IMG/VR virus record: IMGVR_UViG_3300043640_000192
Span: 1 to 51,327 of that record
Length of the DNA stretch: 51,327 nucleotides
Direction: 5' to 3' (one strand)
From: a virus
The notes beneath the pieces were generated by a model. It was not told the origin of the DNA, searched no databases, and saw only the letters and a list, made by a program, of their open reading frames with translations. Shown in pieces: positions 15,231 through 24,234 of the stretch; positions within the stretch are counted from its first letter, which is position 1; each line of letters starts with the position of its first letter. Position numbers and translations under genes: made by a program.

Positions 15231-17606
15231 TTGGCGCTGGTCAAGTCCGTAGAGATCGACATCGGCGTCAAGGGCGACACCGCGTCGAAGGCGAAGCTGG
15301 ACGCGATCAGCGTCCGCGCGGAGGAACTGAAGAAGGCGTTCCCTGAGTACACCCTGAAGATCGACTCGCTGGCGGCGTCGCAGAAGCTCGCGGTGTTCAA
15401 GGCCGACATGAAGTCGGTGGCCGCTGAGGTCAGCAAGCCGATGGACACCGTGGTCCTGACGGCGGACGCGAAGAAGAAGCTGCTCGAGGTCCAGGCGAAG
15501 GCCGAGGAGCTGAAGGGCCGGTTCCCTGAGCTTCACCTTGAGATCGATGACTCCGCCGCGAAGCGGAAGCTGGCGATCTTCGCGGCCGAGGCCAAGGCCA
15601 CGACGGACGCGGTTGACGCTGAGATGGCCACTGCTGGCGGCGGTGGCCGCAGCGGGATTCTCGGCAAGATCACGGGCCTGTTCGGCGGCGGCGGCGGCGC
15701 GGCCAGCTCGGGCGGCGGCGCGGCCAGCGGCGGCGGCCTGCTCTCCTCACCCGCCGGCATCGGCGGCATCGCGGGCGGTGGCCTGCTCGCCGCGGGCCTG
15801 GTTCCCGGCGCGGTCGGCCTGGGCATTGGCGGTGCTGTCGGCCTGGGTGCGATCGCCGGCGGCCTGTTCGGCGCGTCCCAGGGCACCACGGTCCTGAAGG
15901 CCGACACGGCGACCATCAAGCAGATCACCACCGGGCTGAAAACCGCGATCGGCAACCAGAAGAAGATCCTGTCCGCGGACCTGGTCGCCGCGAACAAGCA
16001 GTTCGCGAAGGACAGCAACTTCTTCGCCCCGTTCCTGGGGTTCCAGAAGAGCCTCAAGAGCCTGCTCCAGGTGTTCCTCGCGCCGCTGCGGTCCGTGATG
16101 GGGCCGCTGACCCAGATTTTCGCCCAGTTCGGCAAGGGCCTGACGCTGCTGGGCCCGCTGATGACGCAGATGTTCAAGGCGAGCCTGCCGTTCATCCGCC
16201 AGTTCCTGACGGTGATGCTGCAGGCCGGCAAGATCCTGATGCCCGCGTTCACGCAGGCCATGACCGAGATGGTGAAGTCCGGGGCGCTGAAGCAGATGAC
16301 CCAGGGCCTGGTCTACCTGGTGCAGGGCCTGGCCGGTTTCGTCGTCGCGCTCGGCCCCGGGATGAAGGCCAGCAGCCAGATCTTCGAGCGGATCTGCCTG
16401 GTGATCAAGGGCGCCATGATCGGCGTCGGCGTCGTCGTCTCCGCCGTCGCGAACATCCTGGAGCTCAACTGGCCCGCGGCGGTCGCCAGGATGCGCCACG
16501 ATGTCGCCTCGTCCTTCGATGCGCTGCGCCACGACGTCTCGTCCATCTGGGACAAAATGTGGGCAAATACCCTCGGTCGGCTGCAGCGCGGGATAGCCGA
16601 CGACCAGCGGCTGGTCGCCAATTTCCGCCATGCCGTCGCGGGTACCTTCGACGCGCTGCGCCACGACATCGCCGCCGTGTGGGACACCATCTGGTCAAAC
16701 ACGGTCACCCGGGTCCGCGGCGGGATCTCGGCGGTGGTCGGCTGGTTCGCTGGCCTGCCCCGGCGGGCCGTCGGCGCCCTGACCGGCCTGGGCCACTCCC
16801 TGGCCGCGTTCGCCTCGGCCGCCATTAACCAGATGTGGACCGGCTTTAAGAACACTTTCTCGGCGGTGATCCACTGGTTCACCGGCCTGCCGAAGATGAT
16901 CCTGCACGCGCTCGGCATCAAGTCGCCGCCGGGGTGGGCCATCAGCGCCGGGAAGTTCATCATGCAGGGCCTGCACATCGGCCTGGGCCACGGCCTGGGC
17001 CAGCTGACGAACTTCACGACCGGCATCGGCGCGAAGGTCGCCCAGGGCCTGGCCGGCGGGTTCCCCGGCGGGGCACCGAAGGGACCGGTGCAGGACTACG
17101 CGAAGAAACTCCTGTCCCTGTACGGGTGGGGCGGCCAGTTCGGGTCGCTGAACGCGCTGATCATGGGCGAGTCCGGGTGGAACCCGCTCATCGTCAACCA
17201 GTCCTCGGGTGCGTACGGGATCCCGCAGGCGCTGCCCGGCTCGAAGATGGCCGCCGCCGGGTCGGACTGGCGGACCAGCCCGTACACGCAGCTGCGGTGG
17301 ATGTTCGGCTACCTCAAGTCGGTGTACGGGTCACCCGCGAACGCCTACTCCACCTGGCTGGGCCGGTCCCCGCACTGGTACGACAAAGGCGGCTGGCTGA
17401 TGCCCGGCCTGACCCTGGCCATGAACAAGACGGGGCGCCCGGAGCGGGTTCTGCCTCCCGGCCACAGCGGTACCGTCACCCCCGTCGTGCTGCAGGTCCG
17501 CACCGCGCACGGGGCCACGAACCTGGACCGGGCCCTGGTGGAGATCATCCAGAAGTTCGTCACCGTCCAGGGCGGGGACGTCCAGTCGGCGCTGGGCCGG
17601 ACCTGA
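15231..17606 (+). CDS. Tape measure protein with C-terminal lysozyme-like (transglycosylase) domain
   Basis: 791 aa with coiled-coil and Gly-rich TM-like segments. 'GESGWNPLIVNQSSGAYGIPQALPGSKMAAAGSDWRTSPYTQLRWMFGYLKSVYGSP' is a lysozyme-like motif. Confidence 0.85.
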   Translation: MALVKSVEIDIGVKGDTASKAKLDAISVRAEELKKAFPEYTLKIDSLAASQKLAVFKADMKSVAAEVSKPMDTVVLTADAKKKLLEVQAKAEELKGRFPELHLEIDDSAAKRKLAIFAAEAKATTDAVDAEMATAGGGGRSGILGKITGLFGGGGGAASSGGGAASGGGLLSSPAGIGGIAGGGLLAAGLVPGAVGLGIGGAVGLGAIAGGLFGASQGTTVLKADTATIKQITTGLKTAIGNQKKILSADLVAANKQFAKDSNFFAPFLGFQKSLKSLLQVFLAPLRSVMGPLTQIFAQFGKGLTLLGPLMTQMFKASLPFIRQFLTVMLQAGKILMPAFTQAMTEMVKSGALKQMTQGLVYLVQGLAGFVVALGPGMKASSQIFERICLVIKGAMIGVGVVVSAVANILELNWPAAVARMRHDVASSFDALRHDVSSIWDKMWANTLGRLQRGIADDQRLVANFRHAVAGTFDALRHDIAAVWDTIWSNTVTRVRGGISAVVGWFAGLPRRAVGALTGLGHSLAAFASAAINQMWTGFKNTFSAVIHWFTGLPKMILHALGIKSPPGWAISAGKFIMQGLHIGLGHGLGQLTNFTTGIGAKVAQGLAGGFPGGAPKGPVQDYAKKLLSLYGWGGQFGSLNALIMGESGWNPLIVNQSSGAYGIPQALPGSKMAAAGSDWRTSPYTQLRWMFGYLKSVYGSPANAYSTWLGRSPHWYDKGGWLMPGLTLAMNKTGRPERVLPPGHSGTVTPVVLQVRTAHGATNLDRALVEIIQKFVTVQGGDVQSALGRT

Positions 17607-17607
17607 C

Positions 17608-20600
17608 GTGGCCCTGTTCCCGCTGAACATCGTGGTCGAGCTCCTGCTGAACGGCTCGTGGATCGACGTCTCCAAGTTCGTGTACCAGCGGGACACGATC
17701 ACGATCACGGGCGGCTCGACCGCCGCCGGGGACACCCCGTCGCCCGCCACGGCCACCATGACGTTCAACAACCGCGACGGCCGGTTCTCCCCGAACTACG
17801 CGGGCGGCGCGTACTACCCGTACCTGGTCCGGAACACGCAGCTGCGGATCTCGGTGAACGACACGTCCTCGAGCGGGAACGTCTACAACGGGTTCCGGTT
17901 CTGGGGTGAGGTGCCGGACTGGCCGCCGCTGAACGACCTGTCCGGCCACGACGTGTACGTGCCCATCACCGCGTCGGGGCCGCTGCGGCGGATCGGCCAG
18001 GGCGGTGGCGAGGGTTCCGCGCTGCAGCGGTATTTCGCGACCCTGACGGGAGGGTTCGCACCTGTCGCGTACTGGCCGTGCGAGGAGGAGGCGGACGCCG
18101 GGGTCATCGGCGCCGGGGTCCAGGGCGGCTCCAACATGACCGTCGTGTCGGGGACCCCGAAGTTCAAGGCCGTGTCCGATTTCAACGGCTCGTCGCCCAT
18201 CGGGGTGCTGAACGGCTCGACGTGGACGGGCGTGACGAGCTCGTTCGGGTCCTCCGGCGATGACCTGTTCATCGCCGCCGGGACCTACCAGTGGGTCGCC
18301 TCGACCACCACAGTGAACGCCAAGGTCATCGGCGGCGGCGGCGGCGGCACCAAGGGCAGCGAGGGCAACGGCGGGGGCACGGCCGGTGGCGGCGGTGCGT
18401 TCGCCCAGAACACTGCGCTGGCGGTGACGCCCGGCCAGGCGTACACGGTGACCGTCGGTGCCGGCGGGTCGCCGGGCAACTGGAACATAGGCGGCAGCCC
18501 GGGCAACGCGTCGTCCATCGCCGGTGACGCCGCCACGGTGACCGGGAATCCCGGCCAGGGCGGCGGTGCGAACGGTGTCTCCGGGGGCCTGGGCGGCACG
18601 AGCAGCGGTGCCCCGGTCAACCATCCTGGCGGCGCAGGCGGGGCAGTGCCGGGGACCGCGACGGGCGGCGGCGGTGGCGGCGGCTCCGGTGGCAGCGGCG
18701 CGACGGGCAACGCGGGAGCGAACTCCTCCGGCGGCAGCGGCGGCGCGGGCGGCGCGGCGGTCACCGGGGGCGGCAAGGGCGGCAACGGCGGCGGCAACGC
18801 CCCCAGTGACGGCCAGCCCGGCGGTGACCCCGGCGGCGGCGGTGGCGGCGGCTGGGCGAACAACGTCAACCACACCTACGGCGGCGCCGGGGCCCCCGGC
18901 TCGGTCGAGCTGGTCTACACCAGCTCCGGCGGCGGCACCCAGCCGAACAACAACGTGATCCGGTTCATCATGTTCGTCCCGAAGCACACCGGCAACGACG
19001 GCAAGGTGCTGGTCCGGGCCCTGACGTCCAGCACGACGGTCGCCCGCCTGGACGTGCAGTACCGCAAGGGCGGCAACATCCGCCTGCTGGGCTACAACTC
19101 CGGCGCGAGCCTGGTTTTTGATTCCGGTAACCTGGCCGTCGGGGCGGACGGCCAGACCCTGATGGTGTCCGCCGAGCTGGCCAAGTCCGGGACCGCGGTC
19201 GCGTGGGCGTTCTCCGCGATCATCCCCGGCGCGTCCGGGGTGGTCGCCAAGACGTCCGGGTCGGTCGCGGCGTCGTCGATGGGCAGCGTCTCCCAGATCG
19301 TGGTCGCCCCGGCCAGCGACATCACCAAGACGGCGATCGGGCACATCAGCGTCCAGTACGCCCTGATACCGCTGTGGAAGGTGTCGGAGGCGCTGGACGG
19401 CCACCACACCGAGGCGGGCATCGACCGGTTCATCCGCCTCGCGGGCGAGCAGGCGATGGGCGCGGTCGCCGAGTACAACGAGGGCGCGGACCACTGGGGC
19501 TTCGAGCCGGGCACCCAGTCCTGGACCGGGACGAACTGCGCGGTCACCCAGTCCTCGGTCACCCATTTCACATCGGGGGTCCAGGACTGGCCAACTGACG
19601 GAACCCATTCCCTGCTGCTGACCGCCACGGGCGGCGCGGGCCAGTGGTCCGCGTCCAGCCCAACTGGCACGTCCGGCCAGCCGGTCATCGCCGGGGACGT
19701 GGTGAGCGCCCACGCCGACGTCTACACCCCGGCCGCGCTCGGCGCTGTCGGTATCAACGTGAGCTGGTACAACGCGGCAGGCACCTTCCTGTCTGCGACG
19801 TCCGGGGCACCCCGGGCCACCGCTGCGGGTGACGTGGTGACCGTCCGGATCGGCGCGGCCGACGGCTGCATCGCGCCCGCCACGGCCGCGTTCTTCTCCG
19901 TCCAGGTCGCCGACAACGAGACCAAGACGGCCGGCACGCTGATGTACACCGACAACGTGCGGGTGAACCCGCAGATGGGCCCGCAGGCCACCAAGCAGTA
20001 CAAGTCGTTCCTGACCGAGATCAGGGACCTGGACCAGGGCATCATGAAGGAAGCCAAGACCCTGTGGGGCCTGGGCTACCGGACCCGGATCAGGCTGATC
20101 AACCAGTCCCCGGTGGTCACCCTGGACTACGCCCAGGGGATGCTGTCCCCGCCGCTCGCCCCGGTCGTGCAGGTGCTGAACCTGAAGAACGACATCACCG
20201 TCAAGCGGAAGAAGGGCTCGAAGGTCCAGGTCACCCTCTCCAATGGCCAGATGTCCATCCTGGAGCCGCCGCAGGGGACCGGCCGCTACAAGAAGAACCT
20301 GACCGCGGTCGCCGCCGCTGACGAGCAGCTGGCCGCGCTCGCCGCGCACCTGCTGACCGTCGGCACCGTCTCCGACGAGGCGTACCCGTCCATCACCGTG
20401 AACCTGGCCCGTGCCGGGATCGCCGGGAACCCGCTCGCGCCGCTGATGTCCGCCGTCGCTGGCGCCGAGGTGGGCGACGTGATCCAGCTGAACAATCTCC
20501 CCCTATGGTTCCCCTCGACGACAACGAAGCAGCTGGTGCTCGGCTACACCGAGACGCTGAACGCGTTCGAGTGGACGGTGACGTGGAACTGCCAGCCCTA

Positions 20601-20643
20601 CAGCCCGTACGTGCAGGTCACGACGAACATCCGGCGGTGGTGA
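17608..20643 (+). CDS. Minor tail protein: Dit-like ends with inserted glycine-rich domain and CBM-like domain
   Basis: The N-terminus 'LNGSWIDVS...FNNRDGRFSP' and the C-terminus 'LPLWFP...LVLGYTETL' are Dit-like. The centre holds 'GTYQWVA...VIGGGGGG...' Gly-rich repeats and 'HWGFEPGTQSWTG' (CBM-like). Confidence 0.7.
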   Translation: MALFPLNIVVELLLNGSWIDVSKFVYQRDTITITGGSTAAGDTPSPATATMTFNNRDGRFSPNYAGGAYYPYLVRNTQLRISVNDTSSSGNVYNGFRFWGEVPDWPPLNDLSGHDVYVPITASGPLRRIGQGGGEGSALQRYFATLTGGFAPVAYWPCEEEADAGVIGAGVQGGSNMTVVSGTPKFKAVSDFNGSSPIGVLNGSTWTGVTSSFGSSGDDLFIAAGTYQWVASTTTVNAKVIGGGGGGTKGSEGNGGGTAGGGGAFAQNTALAVTPGQAYTVTVGAGGSPGNWNIGGSPGNASSIAGDAATVTGNPGQGGGANGVSGGLGGTSSGAPVNHPGGAGGAVPGTATGGGGGGGSGGSGATGNAGANSSGGSGGAGGAAVTGGGKGGNGGGNAPSDGQPGGDPGGGGGGGWANNVNHTYGGAGAPGSVELVYTSSGGGTQPNNNVIRFIMFVPKHTGNDGKVLVRALTSSTTVARLDVQYRKGGNIRLLGYNSGASLVFDSGNLAVGADGQTLMVSAELAKSGTAVAWAFSAIIPGASGVVAKTSGSVAASSMGSVSQIVVAPASDITKTAIGHISVQYALIPLWKVSEALDGHHTEAGIDRFIRLAGEQAMGAVAEYNEGADHWGFEPGTQSWTGTNCAVTQSSVTHFTSGVQDWPTDGTHSLLLTATGGAGQWSASSPTGTSGQPVIAGDVVSAHADVYTPAALGAVGINVSWYNAAGTFLSATSGAPRATAAGDVVTVRIGAADGCIAPATAAFFSVQVADNETKTAGTLMYTDNVRVNPQMGPQATKQYKSFLTEIRDLDQGIMKEAKTLWGLGYRTRIRLINQSPVVTLDYAQGMLSPPLAPVVQVLNLKNDITVKRKKGSKVQVTLSNGQMSILEPPQGTGRYKKNLTAVAAADEQLAALAAHLLTVGTVSDEAYPSITVNLARAGIAGNPLAPLMSAVAGAEVGDVIQLNNLPLWFPSTTTKQLVLGYTETLNAFEWTVTWNCQPYSPYVQVTTNIRRW

Positions 20644-20644
20644 C

Positions 20645-21298
20645 ATGGCGACCACTCCCACCGTCCCGACCGGGTACACGCTGGAAGAGGCCGAGGCCCA
20701 GATCGCCACACTGACCGGCCTGGTGGACCGGCTCGCCGAGGCGGTCACGCTGGCCGACGGCCCTGTCCCGAACGTCCCGGCCGCGTCGGGCTGCGTGCTC
20801 TACAGCGCGGCGGGGAACCTCGACTACGAGGGGTTCGACGGCAACGAGTACGCCACCGGCCGGCTCACCCTGATCGGGCCGGCGACCAACACGGCGATTA
20901 CCTCGGCCACGCCGGTCGGCGTCTCAGGCATGACCTTTGCCGTGCAGGCTGGTGTCTACCGGATGACCGCCAAGGCCGGATATAACCAGGGTGGCGGTGC
21001 GTTCGGCGCGAGCTGGCTGCTCTCCTGCCCGGCGATGAACTACGCCGCCCTGGTGGTCAATTACTACGAGGCGGGCGTCGGATCGTCCACCGGCTCCGCC
21101 TGGTCCACGGCATCTGCCAGTCCTCTCACCGTCACCTCGCCGCCGTTCCCCAGTCCGAGCACGTTCTTCCTCGACCTGGACATGGTGGTGTCCTTCAGCG
21201 CGGCGGGGACCTGCAATGTTCAGGCCGCCGAGGGCACCACGGGGCACAGTTTCACGCTCCTGGCCAACTCGTTCATCGACATCATGCCCGTCAGCTAG
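20645..21298 (+). CDS. Minor tail protein / putative receptor-binding protein
   Basis: 217 aa with a short N-terminal coiled coil followed by a beta-rich region. Position is directly after the Dit-like gene. Confidence 0.45.
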   Translation: MATTPTVPTGYTLEEAEAQIATLTGLVDRLAEAVTLADGPVPNVPAASGCVLYSAAGNLDYEGFDGNEYATGRLTLIGPATNTAITSATPVGVSGMTFAVQAGVYRMTAKAGYNQGGGAFGASWLLSCPAMNYAALVVNYYEAGVGSSTGSAWSTASASPLTVTSPPFPSPSTFFLDLDMVVSFSAAGTCNVQAAEGTTGHSFTLLANSFIDIMPVS

Positions 21299-21307
21299 GA
21301 GGAACAG

Positions 21308-21589
21308 ATGGCAGTGATCGGGGCCGGTACGGGTGCGGTGCGGCTGTTCACCGACGGCCTGGCGGACCGGCTGATCCTGGTCGGCCTGCGCGACGTCACC
21401 ACGGGGGACACGGTGGACCTTGGGCCGTCGGGGATGGACCTGCTGGGTTTCATCAACCGGGCGGTGCTGCTGTCCGTCACGTCGTTCGTGGAGATCGCGG
21501 GGACGTGGAACGGGACCGTGGTGACGATGCCCGCCGGGCTGTCCAATGACGCCGCGTACCTGCTGGCGTGGGGCTCGGGCATCAACTGA
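21308..21589 (+). CDS. Hypothetical protein
   Basis: Track ORF with SD 'aggagg' upstream. Confidence 0.5.
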   Translation: MAVIGAGTGAVRLFTDGLADRLILVGLRDVTTGDTVDLGPSGMDLLGFINRAVLLSVTSFVEIAGTWNGTVVTMPAGLSNDAAYLLAWGSGIN

Positions 21590-21619
21590 CCGCACGCGAC
21601 CGGACCGGGGGATCTTCCT

Positions 21620-22132
21620 GTGCATGACCCGCTGGCCGCCCGCGGCCGCGACTGGCGGACGAGACTCCGGGCCCGCGTGAGACGGCTGGCCCGGCGCACC
21701 GGCCACCGGGGCGCGTTCCTCGCGTTCCTGACGATCCTTGACGTCGCCTACGGGTACTCCCTGTGGGCCACCGCCCCGCCGTTCCGCACCCTCGACCTGT
21801 TCCTGCCATGGCAGGCGTGGGGGTACATCTGGGTCGGCGTGGGGGCCGTGTGCGCGGCGTCGGTGTTTGCTCACCGGGACAGGTTCGCGTTCGCGTGCGC
21901 CGCCGCGGTCAAGACGGCGTGGGCCGGGATCATGGCGGACACGTGGATCGTGCAGGGCGTGGCCCGCGGGTGGGTGTCGATGGTCGTGTGGGCCTGCTTC
22001 GCCCTCACCGTCCTGGTGATCGCCTCATGGCCTGAACCGCCGGAACGCGCCGATTTCCACATGCCTGAGGAGATGGATGGCCTGGCCGCCGGCGGCCTGG
22101 GAAAAGACCCGGGCCCGGGGGAGCCGGGATGA
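21620..22132 (+). CDS. Membrane protein (about 4 TM), holin candidate
   Basis: Four hydrophobic stretches after a basic N-terminus. Sits at the start of the lysis region. Confidence 0.5.
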   Translation: MHDPLAARGRDWRTRLRARVRRLARRTGHRGAFLAFLTILDVAYGYSLWATAPPFRTLDLFLPWQAWGYIWVGVGAVCAASVFAHRDRFAFACAAAVKTAWAGIMADTWIVQGVARGWVSMVVWACFALTVLVIASWPEPPERADFHMPEEMDGLAAGGLGKDPGPGEPG

Positions 22133-22416
22133 CCGCCTCGCTGGTTGTCGAGATCCTGCTCGGCCTGATGGCGGCCGGGGTGACGTCCGCCGCGTTCTTC
22201 GCGGCGACCCGCGCCAACCGGGCGCAGTCACAGAGCACCCAGGTCTCTGTTGACGCCGCGGCGTACACGCGGGCGAAGGAGATCTACGAGGGGGCTCTGG
22301 GGACCCTGCGCACCGAGGTGGAGTCAATGAGGCTGGAGGTCACCCGGCTGCGGGAGTCCAACGACCGGCTCCGTGAGGAGATCGCCGGGCTGCGCCAGGA
22401 GCTGGGAAGGCACTAG
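22129..22416 (+). CDS. Membrane-anchored coiled-coil protein (lysis-associated candidate)
   Basis: ATGA overlap with the upstream gene. N-terminal TM segment 'LVVEILLGLMAAGVTSAAFFAA' followed by heptad-like 'LRTEVESMRLEVTRLRESNDRLREEIAGLRQEL'. Confidence 0.55.
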   Translation: MTASLVVEILLGLMAAGVTSAAFFAATRANRAQSQSTQVSVDAAAYTRAKEIYEGALGTLRTEVESMRLEVTRLRESNDRLREEIAGLRQELGRH

Positions 22417-22417
22417 C

Positions 22418-22442
22418 CCCGGGCACACCGCCGCGTGCCGGG
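22418..22442. terminator. Hairpin between convergent genes
   Basis: 'cccgggcac'-loop-'gtgccggg' (8 bp with one bulge), 2 nt after the stop at 22416. Confidence 0.35.
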
Positions 22443-22566
22443 CCAGGTCCGGCCGCGGCACGGCGCACCAGCAGCCGGGGCACGACACGAGCGACCCGGA
22501 CAGCACCGGGACAGGAAACGGCGGCATGCGGCGATTATCCCGCAGGCGTCACACCCGTCCCGCCGG

Positions 22567-22767
22567 TCACCAGTAGTCGTACTTGACCGAGCCCCGCGTC
22601 CGGGTCGGCTCGGGCTCCTCCGTCTGGCGCAGCGCGGTGCGCTCCCGCTGCCGCTGGCTCTTCTGCCACCTGCGCCGGAGATCGCGTCCCTGGCCACGGG
22701 TGAACTGCCACCAGCGCCAGCCGGGGGGCTGTGCCCGGTGCCACTCCGTGTTGTCACTGCGGCTCAT
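22567..22767 (-). CDS. Trp/Arg-rich small protein, reverse-oriented inside the lysis region
   Basis: Track ORF of 66 aa. High GC3 by hand translation. No motif recognised. Confidence 0.45.
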   Translation of the reverse strand: MSRSDNTEWHRAQPPGWRWWQFTRGQGRDLRRRWQKSQRQRERTALRQTEEPEPTRTRGSVKYDYW

Positions 22768-22801
22768 CCCCGCATCATCTCACCAGCCAGGAAGGCCAGC
22801 C

Positions 22802-23128
22802 ATGAAGCGAGCGCTGAGTCCCAGCACGAACGCGGCGGGGCTGAGTTCGGCGGGGCTGGCGGTCTACGCGGCCGTCGTCATGATCTACAACGCCGCCAGC
22901 CACCACGGCGTGATCAGCGTGCCGGTGATCATCGCCGCCGTGGCAGCGGTCGCCGCGTGGTACACCCGCACCAAGGTCACACCCGTCGCCGACCCCAAGG
23001 ACGGCAACAAGACGCCGCTCGTGGCGGCCGGGCCGCTGCCGGTATACACGCTGCCTGGCACGGTAGAGCCACCGCCCCCCGCGCCGGGGGAGAAGACGCT
23101 GCAGCCGCCACCCGGGGCGGGCATGTGA
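22802..23128 (+). CDS. Membrane protein (2 TM) with Pro-rich tail, holin candidate
   Basis: SD 'aggaagg' precedes the ATG at 22802. TM segments 'LAVYAAVVMIY' and 'VPVIIAAVAAVAAWY'. Confidence 0.55.
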   Translation: MKRALSPSTNAAGLSSAGLAVYAAVVMIYNAASHHGVISVPVIIAAVAAVAAWYTRTKVTPVADPKDGNKTPLVAAGPLPVYTLPGTVEPPPPAPGEKTLQPPPGAGM

Positions 23129-23219
23129 TGGGGTCCTTGTGGGGAACCTCCCAATCTCCTGGAGCGGAATCGTCCCGGACGTTGGAGGTCTCCTCCAAAG
23201 AGGGCGGGGAGGCCACCTG

Positions 23220-23336
23220 ATGGCCCGCGCCGCCGCTGGTTTCGCCGCCGGGGTCCTGGCGGTCCTCGCCGTCCAGCACGCCGTGTACTTCCACCTGCGG
23301 CGCATCTACCTGCGCCGGTTCAGGACGTCCGCGTGA
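23220..23336 (+). CDS. Small single-TM protein
   Basis: SD 'ggggagg' precedes the ATG at 23220. Sequence: 'MARAAAGFAAGVLAVLAVQHAVYFHLRRIYLRRFRTSA'. Confidence 0.45.
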   Translation: MARAAAGFAAGVLAVLAVQHAVYFHLRRIYLRRFRTSA

Positions 23337-23746
23337 CCAGGACGGATCTCCTGACCACCTCCGAGATGTACAACCTCGACATCGCCTGCCAGGTCATCAG
23401 CCGGGCGTTCCGGGGCGGGCCGCCCTACCTCGTCGGCACAGCGGGCGTGGGCGGGGCGGACAGCTACCGGGACGTGGATGTCCGGCTAATGCTGGACGAC
23501 GAGGAGTTCGCCGAGGTCTGTCCCACCCGGGAGCGCTGGGAACTGCTCTGCGCGGCTATCAGTACCTACCTGCGCGACCGGACCGGCCTGCCGGTCGATT
23601 TTCAGCTCCAGCGCATCCGCGAGGCGAACGAGCGGTACGGCGACCGGCCGCGTAACCCGGTGGGCACGGGCCGCATCTTCGCTGGCGGCGGCGACTGCAC
23701 GCCTGAGTGGGGCCATGCCGACTCAACCACTAGGAGCACCCCGTGA
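23333..23746 (+). CDS. Pol-beta superfamily nucleotidyltransferase-like protein
   Basis: 'YLVGTAGVGGADSYRDVDVRLML' fits the G[ST]-x(n)-D-x-D NTase motif. GTGA overlap with the upstream gene. Confidence 0.5.
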   Translation: MTRTDLLTTSEMYNLDIACQVISRAFRGGPPYLVGTAGVGGADSYRDVDVRLMLDDEEFAEVCPTRERWELLCAAISTYLRDRTGLPVDFQLQRIREANERYGDRPRNPVGTGRIFAGGGDCTPEWGHADSTTRSTP

Positions 23747-24234
23747 GCTCACCCCAGCCGGGCAGCTACGGCGTGTCCCACGGCTCCGGGATGGTGGGCG
23801 AGCTCATCCGCCACGCCACCGAATCCTGGGCCGGGCACGCCTTCGTGTACGTCGGCCAGGGCATGATCATCGAAGGCGCACCCCCGGCTACACGATTGGC
23901 CCCGGCCGCCTCCCACCCCGACGCGGTGTGGAACCTACGGGAAGTGATCACCGATGATCAGCGCAAGGCGATCGTCGCCCGGGCGCACGCCCTCGTGGGC
24001 ACCCCGTACGACTACGCGGCGTACATCGGGTTCGCCCTCGAGGTACTCGGCCTGAAGACGGGGAAGCAGCTCGACCCGGTGTTCCGGCGTGATCACTGGC
24101 GGGTGTGCTCCGCCGACGTGGCCGACGAGTACGCGTTCGCGGGGATCGACCTGACCGCCGGGCTGAAGGTCCCCAACCTGGTGTCCCCGGCCGACCTGTA
24201 CGACCGCATCGCCAAGCAGAACGGGACCGCATGA
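23743..24234 (+). CDS. Endolysin, permuted papain-like (YiiX/C92, NlpC/P60-related) peptidase domain
   Basis: His-before-Cys arrangement: 'SWAGHAFVYVGQGMIIEG' ... 'HWRVCSADVADEY'. Confidence 0.6.
   Translation: MSSPQPGSYGVSHGSGMVGELIRHATESWAGHAFVYVGQGMIIEGAPPATRLAPAASHPDAVWNLREVITDDQRKAIVARAHALVGTPYDYAAYIGFALEVLGLKTGKQLDPVFRRDHWRVCSADVADEYAFAGIDLTAGLKVPNLVSPADLYDRIAKQNGTA

Noticed and set aside
18330-18870. GGC-rich repetitive DNA that could look like a satellite or CRISPR-like array.
   Set aside because: It is in frame within the 1011-aa tail protein and encodes the glycine-rich domain. There is no repeat-spacer periodicity.
17560-20349. Very long antisense ORFs: 17560..20349 (-) 929 aa, 1719..3581 (-) 620 aa, 47770..49464 (-) 564 aa, 45328..46764 (-) 478 aa, 27332..29257 (+) 641 aa, 132..1292 (-).
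   Set aside because: They are Arg/Pro/Gly-rich shadow frames opposite clearly recognisable genes (tail protein, capsid, terminase, FtsK-like). This is expected in high-GC DNA, where stop codons are rare.
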